The notes under the pieces: model-generated | Told to the model about the DNA's origin: nothing | Database searches by the model: none | What the model saw: the letters and a program-made list of their open reading frames with translations, nothing else | Source: the human T2T-CHM13v2.0 reference genome, Homo sapiens | Strand: one strand, 5' to 3' | Length of the DNA: 64,000 nt | NCBI RefSeq assembly: GCF_009914755.1 | Contig: NC_060927.1 | Shown: positions 13,360 through 30,259 of the stretch, piece by piece | How positions within the stretch are numbered: the first letter of the stretch is position 1 | Layout of the letters: the number at the start of each line of letters is the position of its first letter | Position numbers and translations under genes: made by a program

Positions 13360-14335
13360 GAAAAAGTCATAAGTGCACAACTCAGTGAATTGTAATTTTC
13401 ATAAGCCGTTCACACCCATGTTGTCAGCACCTAACTCCAGAAAGAGAACATTATCAGCCTCTTAGATGCTCCTCTCTTATTCAAAAGCAGTCATTATTTA
13501 ACTCCACCCCCACCGCAAGTAGCAACTCTCCTGACTTCTGACAGCATAGATGAGTTTTGATTGTTTTTGAACTTCATAGAAAGGGAATTGTATTTTGTTA
13601 TCTGGTTTCTTTTTCTCCATATTACATCTGTCAGGTTTACATATGTTGTTGCTAGTACTTTTTTATTCATTCTCATTGCTGCGTATTTCATAGTACGCAT
13701 ATACCAACATTTCTCTATTCCGCCATTGATGGATATTTGGGAAGTTTCCAGTCTGAGGCTTTTATGAATAGGGTTGTGAATGGGGTTCAGGACATGCTAC
13801 GTCCGAAATATGGCACCTTGGCATTTGAGAAAACCACAGAAGCAAGAAGGTCTCTCTGATCTGTCTCACCCTTCTCCCCTAATGTAGTCCATGAAAACTA
13901 GCTGACCTTCCCCTGAGAGTAGGTGATTAGACTCTCCTTCCAGAGAGGTCCTCCCTATACCTGGAGGAAAGGAATGAAGACACAGAGATGCCAAGAAGAA
14001 TCTGAAGAAATAGACCTTGTAAATTCCCCCCAGCTTATTCCCATTAGATCATACCCTTTTGTCCTCCAATTATACTTTGACATGATTCTTCATAAAAGTA
14101 CACACTTGTATCTGTTTCTTCAGGTCTTCTTTTGTGAAGGCTCCCATGTCACATAAAACTTACATGAAATAAATCTGTATGCTTTTCTCTTGTTAGGTCA
14201 CCTTTTGTTACAGGGGCCTCAGCCATGAACCTTGTGATGGGTGAGGAAAAGATCTTACTTTTTCTCCCCTACTGCTGCTAAAAACATAGTATGTGAGTTT
14301 TAGCACACATGAGTATCCATTTCTGTTGGGTCATG
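13360..14335 (-). mobile_element. L1M 3' region split by a MER39 LTR
   Basis: cattctcattgctgcgtatttcatagt ... gatggatatttggga ... ttatgaata | gctgctaaaaacat ... ccatttctgttggg. Confidence 0.75.
13777..14273 (+). mobile_element. MER39-type (ERV1) solo LTR, copy 1
   Basis: ggggttcaggacatgctac ... aaatatggcaccttggcatttgagaa ... cctcagccatgaacct ... ctcccctac; degenerate 4-bp TSD gttg / gctg. Confidence 0.8.
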
Positions 14336-14786
14336 ATGTAGTTTTTCTTGCTTATGAATCTGTTAACTTAGTCAGATACATCCAAAAGTGTTGCTTCAAT
14401 GACATTTTGCCCATGGTTGGAACCATACATGTTCAGTTTCATGGACATTTATATACTTTATGAAAGAATACACAGTGATTCAGCACTAAAAAGAAAAGTT
14501 ATTATATCCACGGTTTTCACAGTTTTCGTGGCTACAGAAGTAAAGTAGCAGGGTGCAAATGATGTTATTGAAACAAATATTTGTCAAAGGAGGAATGACA
14601 TCAATTCCTCTAAGTGTTTTGTGGAAGGAATCTAAGAAGACAGACAACCTCAAGGAGATGAAGCTGCCAGTTATACTGAGTTCATGCTGTTTCTCAGATA
14701 TATGCAAAAGCATTTCCCATCACACATCATGCAACTGAAGGCAGGAGAAATGGCCAAATTCCTTGGAACAGATGAAAGATACTTCA

Positions 14787-15070
14787 GCCGGGCGCAGTGG
14801 CTCATGCCTGTAAAGCCAGCATTTTGGGAGGCCAAGATGGGCAGATCATGAGGTCAGGAGTTTGAGACCAGCCTGGCCAACATGGTGAAACCCCATTTCT
14901 ACTAAACATATAAAAATTAGCTGGGCGTTGTTGTGCATACCTGTAATCCCAGATATTGGGGAGGTTGAGGCAGTAGAATGGCTTGAACCCAGGAGGCAAA
15001 GGTTGCAGTGAACTGAGATCGTGGCACGGCACTCCAGCCTTGGTGACAGAGCAAGACTCCGTCTCAAAAA
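14787..15070 (+). mobile_element. AluS (Sg-like)
   Basis: TSD aaagatacttca at 14775-14786 and 15071-15082. Confidence 0.95.
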
Positions 15071-15259
15071 AAAGATACTTCAAAGCAGGGAAGAGCTGAT
15101 GTGTCTCATTCATGTGTAATGCAGGACTGTCATTAAGACCTTGCGTCATATTTAAGTGGCCTCATTTTTATTCTTCCTTGGAGGTAGATAAATAACAAGG
15201 CATTTAGTAGCTATGATGTCTTATAATTGATGAAGTATGATAATCAGAATGATCATATT

Positions 15260-15450
15260 AAAGCTGTAATTTATTGGTCCAAGCATTGTGCTCAGCAATT
15301 TACAAACATTCTCTCGTTTAATTTAATTCTTCACAGCAGTCCTATATGGTAGGTAATATATTTTAGCCTTAGAGACATTAGGCACCTTGGGCAAAGATAC
15401 ATTGGTAGTAAGTGATGAAGCCAGGACTCAGACCCGAGTGTGTGACTTTG
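15260..15450 (-). mobile_element. MIR
   Basis: ccaagcattgtgctcagcaatttaca ... tcttcacagcagtcctat ... agtaagtgatgaagccaggactc. Confidence 0.65.
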
Positions 15451-15682
15451 TGAATGCTGACTCTGCTCAGCACCTGGAGGTCTGAGGTTTTCCAGCTGCT
15501 CTACTGGAGGATGAATTCAACTGAGGTGACCAGGGACGGGAAGATCATGCTGGCATTGTGTCTAGGCAGTGTTCTTCACTCCAGCTTTGACAGTCATAAA
15601 GCTACCACTCTGACCCTAGTTCCGATCATTTATTACCTGCACTAGTTGTAATAGTTTCCTTATTAGAAGTTTCCCTGCTTCC

Positions 15683-15814
15683 AGGCCGGGTGTGGTGGCT
15701 CTTGCCTCTAATCCTAGCACTTTGTGGGGCTGAGGCAGGAGGATCACTTGAGCTCAGGAGTTCAAGATCAGCCTGGGCAACATAGTGAGACCCTATCTCT
15801 ATTTAAAAAAAAAA
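15683..15814 (+). mobile_element. FLAM-C monomer
   Basis: Left monomer plus A tail; TSD aagtttccctgcttcc on both sides. Confidence 0.92.
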
Positions 15815-15879
15815 AAGTTTCCCTGCTTCCGACATTGTCTCCTATCACCCATTCTGAGCACAGCAGCTAGAGTGAGCAT

Positions 15880-16193
<314 letters not shown>

Positions 16194-16384
16194 GTGAACA
16201 TTTAAAACGTAAGTCAAGGCCATACCCCAAACCCTCCAAAGGCTTCCTATCTTGGCATAAAAGCTGGAGTGTGTGGGGTCCTACAAGACCTTGTGCCATG
16301 ACTCTATGTCACTCTCTCCATTCCCTCCCTCAGGTACAGCAATCCCGGCCTCCTTACATATCCAAACTCAGGGTCTTTCTCACT

Positions 16385-16771
16385 TTGTGTCCTCCACCAG
16401 GAACAGAGTTGGAGACAAGGATTTGAATATAAATTGTTTTTTTGGAAAGTGAAGGAAATTGGGAAAGGAGATGGAAAGGAAAGGGCGTGCCCCTCAGCCA
16501 ACTACCCCTGTGGGCAACTGATCTCAATTCCACTGGCAAGGTTTGGGAGCCGGTGTAGAGCTTGCACGTCGGGGGTGAACAATCTTAGCCCTCCTGAGGG
16601 GACTGTCTCAGGCCTGGGGTAAGGCAGGCTCCAGTGCCCAGAGAAGGCCTTCAGGCATAAGGGGTGATGATGCTGGTCATTTGACATCAGGCTGGCACTA
16701 AAATGGGAAAACTTGAGGCATACGGTCAAGACCTTGAAAATGTCCACGACAGGCCCACAGATTTGCTCTAC
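16385..16771. mobile_element. LTR33-like ERVL LTR
   Basis: gagacaaggatttgaatataaattg ... cctgtgggcaactgatctcaattccactgg. Confidence 0.5.
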
Positions 16772-17274
16772 TGTCTGCCTAGAATATTCTTCCCTCGCAT
16801 AGTCCCATATTGCTCCCTTAGAACTATATTCAAATGACTCTTCAGGGAGGACTTTTGTGATTCTCTTCTTCAAATCGTCCCCCAACTCCTAGAACACACA
16901 TATATCTTGTTTATGGTCTTTCTTCTACCACTAAATAAAGGCACCACGTGGGCAGGCATTTTGGTCTGTTACATCTGCTGCTTTATCCGCATTGCTTGGT
17001 ATGGTGTGTGCTGCATAATAGGAGTTCGATAAATATCGAATGAATGAATGAATGAAAGGTCATTTAGAAACTCTTATTTTCTGCGTCTATTGTCAATTGA
17101 CTTGGAATCCTTAGGAATGAGGAATATGGTTAATTGGCATCTTCGAACTCCAATATATATCTATTATTTTATATTAGGGCCTGATGGTGAATAACCTTCA
17201 ATCTCACCCCCCTCCACAAATGTTGAACATCTACCATGTGCCAGACACTGTTCAAAGTACTAGGAATACTGCGA

Positions 17275-17760
17275 TATATCAACTGGGAATGACTTTTGTC
17301 AGGGAATGACAGAAACACCGACAGCAATGGCTTATACCAAATAAGGGTTTTATTTTTCTCCTGTAATTAGAAGTCTAGACACAGACAGTCCAGTGCCTGC
17401 GCAGTGGCTCCAAGGGGCCACTGGGGACCATGCCTGCCTCTACCTTCTCTATGTCGTCCCAGCTTGCTGCTCTCCCTCCAGCAGTGTCTGTATTCCATTA
17501 AGGAAGGGGAAATGGAAGGGGAGAAGGTATGTTCCAGAGGATTCCTCCCTCCAGGATGCTTTCCCGAAAAGCTCTACACAACAATTTCTGGTCGTATCTC
17601 TTTGCACATCTTGTGGCTACCCCTAGCAGCAGGGGAGCTAAGAAATGTAGCATTTGTTTGCTTTTGTTTTCTTTGATGGGCTCCTTGTTTTCTGTAAACA
17701 AACTTGGGAAGTAGGGTACAATTAAATGCATCTTGGGTAGGTGACTAGCAATACCGTCCA
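17275..17760 (-). mobile_element. MLT1 (I/J-like) LTR within an antisense L2
   Basis: gacagaaacaccgacagcaatggcttatacc ... gtggctcca ... cccctagcagcaggggagctaagaaatgtag; L2 pieces at 17215-17275 and 17770-18020. Confidence 0.55.
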
Positions 17761-18304
17761 TAAGACTAATAACCATGTTCTCTTGAAGCTGTCACTATAG
17801 TGCAGGCAAACAGAAAACAAGGAAGCAAACACACACCAACTTGTAAAAAATTCCAAATGTAATAGCCACAAGTGCTGTGCAGGGTCCTTAATAATAAGGG
17901 GGAGTTAGAAGTTGACTCAGGTTCTATATTATACCTGGGAGTCAAAGGAGCAGCTCTCCAAGGAAGTGACATCGGAGCTGAATTCTGAATGATGAGGCAG
18001 AGGCGACTTTGCCAAGATCAACTGTGATTTTACCAATCCTTTGTTGGTTATAATGTAATCCCAGTCAAGAAAGCATATAACTATGTCTACCTAGTTCTTT
18101 AAAATCCAGCCTTCAAGATGTGGGATAAATCATCCTTATTTTTCCTAAACATTCTCTCAGAGCTGTGATGAGGTTTTTTTCTCCTTCTGGTGCTTCTCTC
18201 TCCCCTTCCCTTCCCTCCCTCCTCTCTCTCACAGATAGCAAAAATTAAGGTGGTTCCTTGACAATAATGGTAAATGATCACGGAATGGAGCATGAGAGGG
18301 AGTT

Positions 18305-18655
<351 letters not shown>

Positions 18656-18661
18656 TAATGT

Positions 18662-18962
18662 GGCTGGGGCAAGGTGGCTCACACCTGTAATCCCAGCACT
18701 TTGGGAGGCCGGGGTGGGCAGATCACTTGCAGCCAGGAGTTTGAGACCAGCCTGGCCAACATGGTGAAACCCCATCTCTACTAACACTAGAAAAATTAGC
18801 TGGGCGTGGTGGCTCACGCTTGTAATTCCAGTTACTCAGGAGGCTGAGGCAGGAGAATGTCTTGAACCTGGGAGGCAAGAGGTGGAGGCTGCAGTAAGCC
18901 AAGATCGTGCCACCGCACTCCAGCCTGGGCGACAAAGCGAGACCCCATCTCAAAAAAAAAAA
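18662..18962 (+). mobile_element. AluS
   Basis: Full dimer; flanks gcttaatg on both sides. Confidence 0.93.
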
Positions 18963-19809
18963 AGCTTAATGCCAGAAAAAAATTTTTTTTTCAGGGAAAT
19001 AAGTGAGATATGGGCAATTTATAAGAGAGGGAATAATTCTAGGAAAATTCTGTTTAACCTATTAGCCAGTCTATCAAAGAAGAAGATCTCTGTGGCATTG
19101 GGTGAAACTCTTGGTATGCCACATTCTAATCCACATAGCCTTAGAAGGGCTCTCACATGCTCATGTTAGTAAGTCAGTTGTTATGGAGAAAGGTGCTTTT
19201 TACATCTGCAAGGCTGGCTAGTCACGATAAGCAATTTAAATGTTACTGAACCTATTTCTTCTTGAGGCTGTTGCTGTATGGTTTCTTGCTGCCAGCTCTT
19301 TTCTCCCAATATTTTTATGCTATAGTTATCCTTTATCTAATATATGCTACACATGCAAGCAAACCCCTTTTTGTGTGTTGAGAACTATAGCTCCTATAAA
19401 ATTCTGGCTAGACCCAACTCAGCAGGTGTGTTCAAGTCTGCTTGCAAGAGACTCAACAGGGTGAAGGGTGGAAAAATGTCAGTGAACATTGTGGTTGTAA
19501 TACCACCTTACTTCACATTTCCCAGTGACTTTTTATGCTTCATATAGAAATGTTCAAAACATATCTCATTGCATTTCATTTCTAGATTGCAGCGTGGTTG
19601 TATTGTTTTTCCCCCTGTACTTTAAAGACTAAGTACACTTTCATCCCAGATATTACCAAAATCATACAGATGATTCAGAACTTAGACAAAACTGCCTGAT
19701 AATTTTCCATCTTTATCATTTTTCATTCTTGACCTGAATCTTTTGGTATTGTGTAAGTGCTGCCTAAATGAAAAGTTTTTCTTTTTAGTTTTAAGAAATG
19801 TGTGTTATA

Positions 19810-20132
<323 letters not shown>

Positions 20133-20247
20133 TCAGACACGTTAATATCTTTATTATACTTTATTATACATAACTCTTTTTTTCTTTGTTTGGAAGTCCC
20201 TGCTCTTTAGCCCATTGCACAGGCAACTGTTGATAAAACACATAGTC

Positions 20248-20473
<226 letters not shown>

Positions 20474-20774
20474 AAACCTTATAGTCTTAATTTCTGATTT
20501 CTATGAGTTATTCACGCAATAACTCCACTTATAGAATAAACATCTAAGATGAAAGATTTTGATAACCAAAATTGGTTTAAAATGTTACTGGAATCATTTA
20601 AATAAATTAGTACATTAATATGAAGGAGTTATTTGCAATGATAAGCAACCATGTTCTTAAAATATTTAATGAAAAAATGGTACTGATATCCTGTTGAGTG
20701 AAAATAAGGAGGTTATAGAATGTTATTACTAGATGATTTCAGTTTTGTAAGATGTATTTTAAAAACTGGAAAAC

Positions 20775-21372
<598 letters not shown>

Positions 21373-21380
21373 TAAAATAA

Positions 21381-21700
<320 letters not shown>

Positions 21701-22104
21701 TAAAGTCAATTTTAAAAAGAATACAAGCTTATTTTTCAATAAGGAGGTAATGCATAAGGGAGAAGGCATCAACTTAGAAACTGAATAGATGTGGGTTTAA
21801 ATCCAATTAAGCATTGATTATACGGTCATGAACCTCATAATGATGTTTTGGTAAACGAAAGATAGTGTATAAAACGGTGGTTCCATAAAGATTATAAAGG
21901 AGATGAAAAATTCCTATTGCCTATTGACTAGCCTTTAACATCAATGGCACAATGCATTACTCCCAAGTTTATGGTAATGCTGGTGTAAACAAACCTACCG
22001 CACTGTTAGTTGTATAAAACTTCAGCACATACAATTATGTAAAGTACATAATAGTTGATAATAAACGACTACATTACTGGTTTAGATATTTACAGGATAT
22101 GATA

Positions 22105-22398
22105 ATTTTTTATTTTTTGAGGCGGAGTCTTGCTCTGTCACCGAGGCTGGAATGCAGTGGTGAGATCTCGGCTCACTGCAACTCCGCCTCCCGGGTTCAG
22201 GCAATCCTCCTGCCTCAGCCTCCCAAGTAGCTGGGATTAGAAGTGTGCACCAACACTCCTGGCTAATTTTTGTATTTTTAATAGAGATGGGGTTTCACCA
22301 TGTGGGCCAGGCTGGTCTCAAAATCCTGACCTCGAGTGCTCTGCCCACCTTGGCCTCCCAAACTACTGAGATTACAGGCGTGAGCCACTGTGCCTGGC
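22105..22398 (-). mobile_element. AluS inside Tigger3
   Basis: Antisense dimer. Confidence 0.92.
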
Positions 22399-22433
22399 TT
22401 CATTCTTCTACTTACATATATAAAAAATAAGTT

Positions 22434-22745
<312 letters not shown>

Positions 22746-23176
22746 TCAACTGTAAAACAGCCTCAGGCAGGTCCTTCAGGAAGTATTCCAGAGGAAGGCA
22801 TTGTCCCTGTAGGAGGTGACAGTTCCATGCTTATTGTTGCCACTGAAGATCTGCCACTGGGACAAGATGTGAAGGTGGAAGGCAGTGATACTGATGATCC
22901 TGACTGTGTAGACCTAGGCTAATGTATGTATTTGTCTTAGTTTTCAACAAAATTCAAAAAAAAAAAAATTTAACATCTCAAAAATAGAAAAAAATACAGA
23001 GTAAAGATATAAAGAAAAAAATTTGTACAGCTGTACAATGTGTTTGTGTTTTAAGTTGTGTTTTTACAAAAGAGTCAAAAGTTTAAAAAATTAAAAAGTT
23101 TCAAAAGGAAAAATGTTACAGCAAGCTAAGGTTAATTTATTATTGAAGAAAGAAAACAGAATAGGTTTTCTTTATA

Positions 23177-23299
23177 CTCCTTTATAATCTTTATGGGATC
23201 ACTGTTTTATATGCTATCATTGACCAAAACATCATTATGGGGTGCCTGACTGTATAATAAATGGTTAATTGGATTTAAACTCACATCTATTCAGTTCCT
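23177..23299 (-). repeat. Inverted local duplication of 21776-21902
   Basis: Reverse complement aligns at ~85% by manual count (~15 mismatches, one 4-bp gap), including ~45 bp of non-transposon flank. Confidence 0.9.
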
Positions 23300-23471
23300 T
23301 TTTTTTTTTCTTTCCAACTTTTAAGTTCAGAAGGTATATGTGCAGGTTTGTTACATGGGTAAATTGCATGTCTCAGGACTTTGGTGTACAGTTTATTTTG
23401 TCACTCAGATAATGAGCATAGTACCCGATAGGTGGGTTTTTGATCCTCACTCTCTTCCTGCTGTCCATCCT
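23300..23471 (-). mobile_element. Short L1 3' end (old L1PA/L1PB-type)
   Basis: Poly(T) then caacttttaagttcag ... tgtgcaggtttgttacatgggtaaattgcatg ... gagcatagtacccgatagg. Confidence 0.85.
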
Positions 23472-25121
23472 GAAAACTTTTAAAGTAAATTTAGTGTAGC
23501 CTAAGTGTACAGTGTTTATAAAGTCTACAGTAGTGTACAGTCACATCCTAGGCCTTCACATTCACTCACCACTCACTCGCTGACTCACTCAGAATAACTT
23601 CTAGTTCTGCAAGCTTTGTTCATGGTAAGTACCCTATACAGGTGGACAGTTTTGAGCTTTCATGCCATATTTTTACTGTAGCTTTTCTGTTTTCATGTTT
23701 AGATCCATAAATATTTACCACTATGTTGCAGTTGCCTACAGTATTCAGGACGGTCACATGCTGTACAGGTTTGGTAGCTAGGAGCAATAGGCTACACCAT
23801 ATAGCTTGGGCGTGTAGTTGGCTATACTAGCTAGGTTTGTGTAACTTACACTCCATGTTGCTTGCACAAGGATGAAATCCCCTAATGATGCGTTTCTCAG
23901 AAGAGTATCCTGGTGGTTAAGCAACACATGACTGTATATGTAACCTGAAGCTCTCAGAGCTTCCCTGTCTTCATCTATCAGCCCAGGGAGAGGAATCAGT
24001 GGTTTTCCAAAAGCTGTACCTCTTTCCATAAATACAAGAATGAAGGGCTGAGATGATGGCAGTTAGAATTATATTGAGAAATGGTAGCGGGATCTGAGAA
24101 AGCAAGGCCATGAGTTGAAAGCAGAGAGAAGGCGGTTCGAGTGGAGCCCTGATGAAGTTCATGCTCATGGTTGCCCAGCCATTAACACGGGCTCATCACA
24201 TCTGTTTCCAGATTGCTTCTAGAACTTAGCTACCCTCGTTCTATAAGATGGAATGAAAATGCGTACTACATACAGATCATGAAAAGACGCAAAGAAAATG
24301 CATCTTCACATTGCAGGTACTCAATTAGATTTATTTCTAATACTCAGCGCCACCCACAGTTGGAAGGAAAGAAGGGCTAGAACATTAAAGTTTCTATTTG
24401 TGCTGAGACTGCAACTTAGCTATTTAGAAGTTATTTTAACAGACTTCCCTCCAGTGGAAAAACAAAACAGGGATAACTAGTTTGACTTGGTCTTTTTTAT
24501 CTCTTTCCATTTAAACACAGATATCCTGTTGTGATAACCTTTGACACTTTATTACATGGCCGCAGTAAATAATAACTGCCCTTATTTTGTAATGTTAGCC
24601 CTGGTTACACAGCACCATTAATTACTGAACATAAAAGTTGAAGTTTTTGTGAATAGAAGGAAATGTTATTTGAATTCCTTTGCTGGGTTCACTAAGTTTA
24701 TCTGAGGGCTTGGGTGGTATAAATGGCGAAGAGAGAATCATTGAGTTGTGTGTTTGTCACAGAGAAGTGCCCCCGCACCAAAAATAAGAACCAGCCAATC
24801 TGGGGCCAGTGGGAAAATGTTGACAGACTTGCAGAACTTCACTGGAAATCTGAGTTTGAGTCACGATGAAATTAAGAAATCAACTTCCAAACACCCTCAA
24901 GTTACCTTAATTGCTTAGAGAATGTATCTTTAGTTACCTTTCTCACTATAAAACAGTACTTTTTGTTATTGAAATAGCGTTTAAGGACTTGCAAAGGAAT
25001 GACTTAAAAATCACTAAAAATCATGTCCATGTCTTTGGAAAAAGTCTTGGAAATGTTTTGCCATCAATTTCCATATTGATCAGGACACTGAGTTGGAGAT
25101 TTTGTCACTTTTCTTCTTTGA

Positions 25122-25476
<355 letters not shown>

Positions 25477-25818
25477 TAAATAAGGAAAAGCCTGGTTTTA
25501 TAAAGTTCAAATTTTACTGAAAATTGTTTTTAATTTTGTTTTTGTATTATCAACTTTTAATTAACTTACATTTGAATTTCAGAAATGTTTTTAACTTTGT
25601 TTCAGGGCGATTTTCAATTTACTCCTAATCTTTCTGAAACTTAGCTTTAGTAAAATATAAACATTGTAATACGTTACATGCTCAAATCCTACAGTTGTAG
25701 AATTTGAAGCGGCCTTAAAGTTCATGTATTCCATCTCTCCAATTAGTTAATCACAGTATTACAGAATCATTAATGTTGGCAATATTTTAATGTGAACAAT
25801 TGTTAATTGTGAACAATT

Positions 25819-26122
25819 GGCTGGGTACAGTGGCTCATGCCTGTATTCTAAGCACTTTGGGAGGCCAAGGCAGGTAGATTGCTTGAGCTCACGAGTTTGA
25901 GACCAGACTGGGCAACAAAGTGAGACCTATTCTTTACCAAAAATAAAAAATTAGGTGGGCATGGTGGCATGTACTTGTAATCTCAGCTACTTGGGAGGCT
26001 AAAGTGAGAGGATCTCTCTTGAGCCTGGGAGGTTGAGGCTTCAGTGAGCCCTGATGGCACCACTGCACTCCAGCCTGGGTAACAGAGCAAAACCCTGTCT
26101 CAATAAAAAAATAAAGTAAAAA
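25819..26122 (+). mobile_element. AluJ-type SINE
   Basis: Full dimer, gattgcttgagctc ... gaggttgaggcttcagtgag. Confidence 0.92.
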
Positions 26123-27429
26123 GGTAAGTTTTACAGATCCAGTCTTAACATAAGTATAAGGCAAAATTTAAGACTTTGGAATAAATAAAAGAGATATTCT
26201 TTTGGAATATTCACATTGGATATTCTTTCAATGAAATACCTGTCTTTAGAGACCACGTAATCCTACAGGGATATACATCTTGGTCTTTGGCTAAGCTATT
26301 TTACAAGTCTGTTGAGATAGAAGTTAACTTGAAAAGTGTTTTACTATAGATTTCTGTATTGATCACAACAATTCAGAAATTGATGATAAAACTAATAGTA
26401 ATGCAAATATTTCTTGTTCATAATCATGCAAGGAAATTCTGTCCTGTGGACAGTCAACTGATTTTCCTCTCTTATTGTGGAAATAAACAGTTTTGTGTCT
26501 ACTTGCAAATTTATTTCAGTGTTCCCATCTATATATGTATCTGCTGTTGGACTTCTCCTTTGAATGAATGATAACATTTCGGTGGTTCACTCATTAGTAA
26601 TGAGTTAAATAAAATGTATTCCAGATGTTCATTTTATGTCTATATGATAGTCATGATTTTACCTTTTTGGGAAAATTATCCTTTAACCTAAGATACACAA
26701 ATGGACAGTTTATAATTAAAAACTACTTATCACTCTCCATTGGCCTATAGATGAAGACATTGAAGTTTGGAGAAAAACAGGGTGAGCATGTAATAAATAG
26801 CTTAGCTGGATTTGAATCCATGTCTATTTCATTTCTAAAATGGTATTCTAACTCATTGCACTGTCTCGTCACTAAGAAATAACATTTTTGTATTTTAAAA
26901 GATGGCTTTTAGTTTCATGTTCCAGTTGATGCTTATATTTCCAAAACAATCATGGTAGTGAAATTTGATTTATACATTCTTTCACCTAAGCTCTGGCTTT
27001 CAGCCGCTAGGTTTCTCTCTTCTGCTTTGACTGGGATATTTCTCTTGGCTTTGCATCAAGTAGTACTGTGTTTTCAAAGCCTCCATGTCATTTACAGTAT
27101 GCATTAAATTGTATACAAAGCTTTTCCCTTTCAGGACTTGTTAAGACCTTCTGTTTATTTCAAGAAGAAAGCCTCAGTGAGGTGCTATGTCCCTCTCATA
27201 CTTGCTAGTCTCCCTTTCATAACAAAGAGAGAGCTTAACAAAGAGAGTTGGAGCTTCCTCAACAATAGTATATAAATTTTTGTTTTTATTTTGCTTACTT
27301 TATGGTTATCTCTTATTTATTGAAAATAATTCTGATTTGCATTTATGATAATAACACAAAGCTTCTTTTAAAATAAAGTTCAGTTAAAAATCAGTTGAGA
27401 TAAAGGAAATCATTAATTAAATAGCTTGA

Positions 27430-27975
<546 letters not shown>

Positions 27976-28164
27976 TCATAGAGTCATTGTGAGAAGGGAA
28001 TAAGATGCTCTGTGTGACTGTGAGCTTCCTGAGGTCAGAGTGTGTCTAACTCATCTTGTTATCCCCCAACTCCTAATACAGTTCCTAGCACCTAGGACTC
28101 CATAAGAGCTTGTTTTCTTCTTTCCTTTGCAAAGCTAGTTAGTATAGTCACATGAACATTTTCT

Positions 28165-28469
<305 letters not shown>

Positions 28470-30259
28470 TGAACATTTTCTATGGCATTATTAAACAGAG
28501 AGTATTGCATGTGAACACGTAAAATAAACATGGGCATTTATAATGTTTTATTTTTCCTATGGTGATCAAAGCTGTTCAATGTATACATCGTATACAATGT
28601 ATACATCTGAAGTATGGAAATATGCAATGAAGGAAGAAAAAAATCATCCCACAAATCTCACCCCCCTTCAGACACATCACACTCCAGGGCAACCATTCTT
28701 AATTTGATAAATTTCTCTTTTTTTCTATAATTAAAAATATTATACACTTGAGATCCTAGTACACATGCAATTTTGCAACCTGTTATTTTCTCCTAAGGTT
28801 AGATTTTGCTTGGCACTCAAAATCCATCCAGCATGATTTTTATTGTTTGACCTACATTGGGGCCTTTCCCATCTGTCATGGGGTTGGCCAACAGAATGTC
28901 AACCTGTGAATTCTCTGGTAAAATGTTTCCAAATGACAAATCAGACAATTTGGTGGGAGGATTGATGCAGGGGGAGGGGGGGTAGGGATGTATTGGGGTA
29001 GGGGAAGAGGGAGATGAAGGGAAGCAGTTAAGGAAGGAGGCATGGGAGAGAGCCAGAGGTTCCTCTTCACAAACCGTATTGGGAGGTCCTGGATACGGGC
29101 ATCGGTTCCTTGGCAAAGCTTGGAAGCCACCCATTGATCTTGTACTCCCTCTGCTGGCTTTGCTGAGCACAGCCACTGTGTGATTAATGTGAATAGTAAT
29201 GGTCCTGAGTCCACTGAAATCCCCCGTGATGAACAGGAAAGACAAACAGTCATTCTTTTTGAGATTCTTTTTTATAAGATCCAAGTTCACACTAACAGGA
29301 GTAGATTGATTGATTACTTATTCAGTTGAAACGAATTCAAATTGCTGCCCCACCCCTCCTGTCCTCCTCCCCTCCCCATCCTCTTTTCCTCTGCCCCAGG
29401 AGAATGAAATTCTAAAGTTCTCAGCTTTTCCTTTCAAGATTCTTATGATTCTCCTGATGATCTCACTTCTCTTTACTGTATTTTGCTGTTGCTTTTCTCT
29501 GTTTCACCTTCTGTGCCACCCCGCCCACCTCCTTGATAGTGCCATTTGTGAATAAAAAAGGAATGGTGAAACCCTGCCTTTGCTTTGCAAAGCAGGGTTG
29601 CATTAGCTTCTCTAATTCTGCAGCCTCTTATTTCTCCATTTTTGCTTAATTCAAAGTTGTTAAAAGCTTTTCAAAATAGGTGTATGCTCTACTTGACAGT
29701 TGTGAGAAAACAATGCCTCCAATAAAAAGAAAGCAAGATACATTTGCAATTTCCTTTTCCATAATTTATAGTGATTTAGCTCCCCCCTATCAGGAGATAA
29801 AAATTTCTTTGGGAACAAGTTTCTTTTAATAGCATCATCTGAAGCAGCACACATTTCTTTCGCGGTCATTAGAGCTCCTAGCCTACAAAACAGTGACTGA
29901 AGATTGAATTAGATTTAGAGGGAGGCTGCCTGTATCACATAAATAAACAGGGCCCTGGCCATTTCATTACAGAACTTAGATAAGCAGTACAGATGGTCGG
30001 CTGCAGTGTTACACATGCATAACCTATTTAAAAGATGACATTATAGGGTCAGAAGCATTAATGTACTCACAGTGTCATTTGTTTACTCTACTTGAGTTAC
30101 TTCTTTCACACTAAGCGCTAAAGCCGTGGGTCAGGCAAATTATTGCAGGCAGTAATGCAGACTAGATGAAAAGATAAGGGAATTATTGAATGATGAGAGC
30201 ATAAACACTAAATTAGTTTAAGGATTTATGGCCCCAAGCTTAACCTAATAGATGTTATT

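Noticed and set aside
24211-24316. Possible exon (tttccag| ... cag|gtactc)
   Set aside because: Weak donor site and no recognisable coding content.
28817-29290. 157-aa minus-strand ORF in unique DNA
   Set aside because: Non-ATG start, no recognisable domain, the proline run reflects the G-tract, and there is no supporting splice structure.
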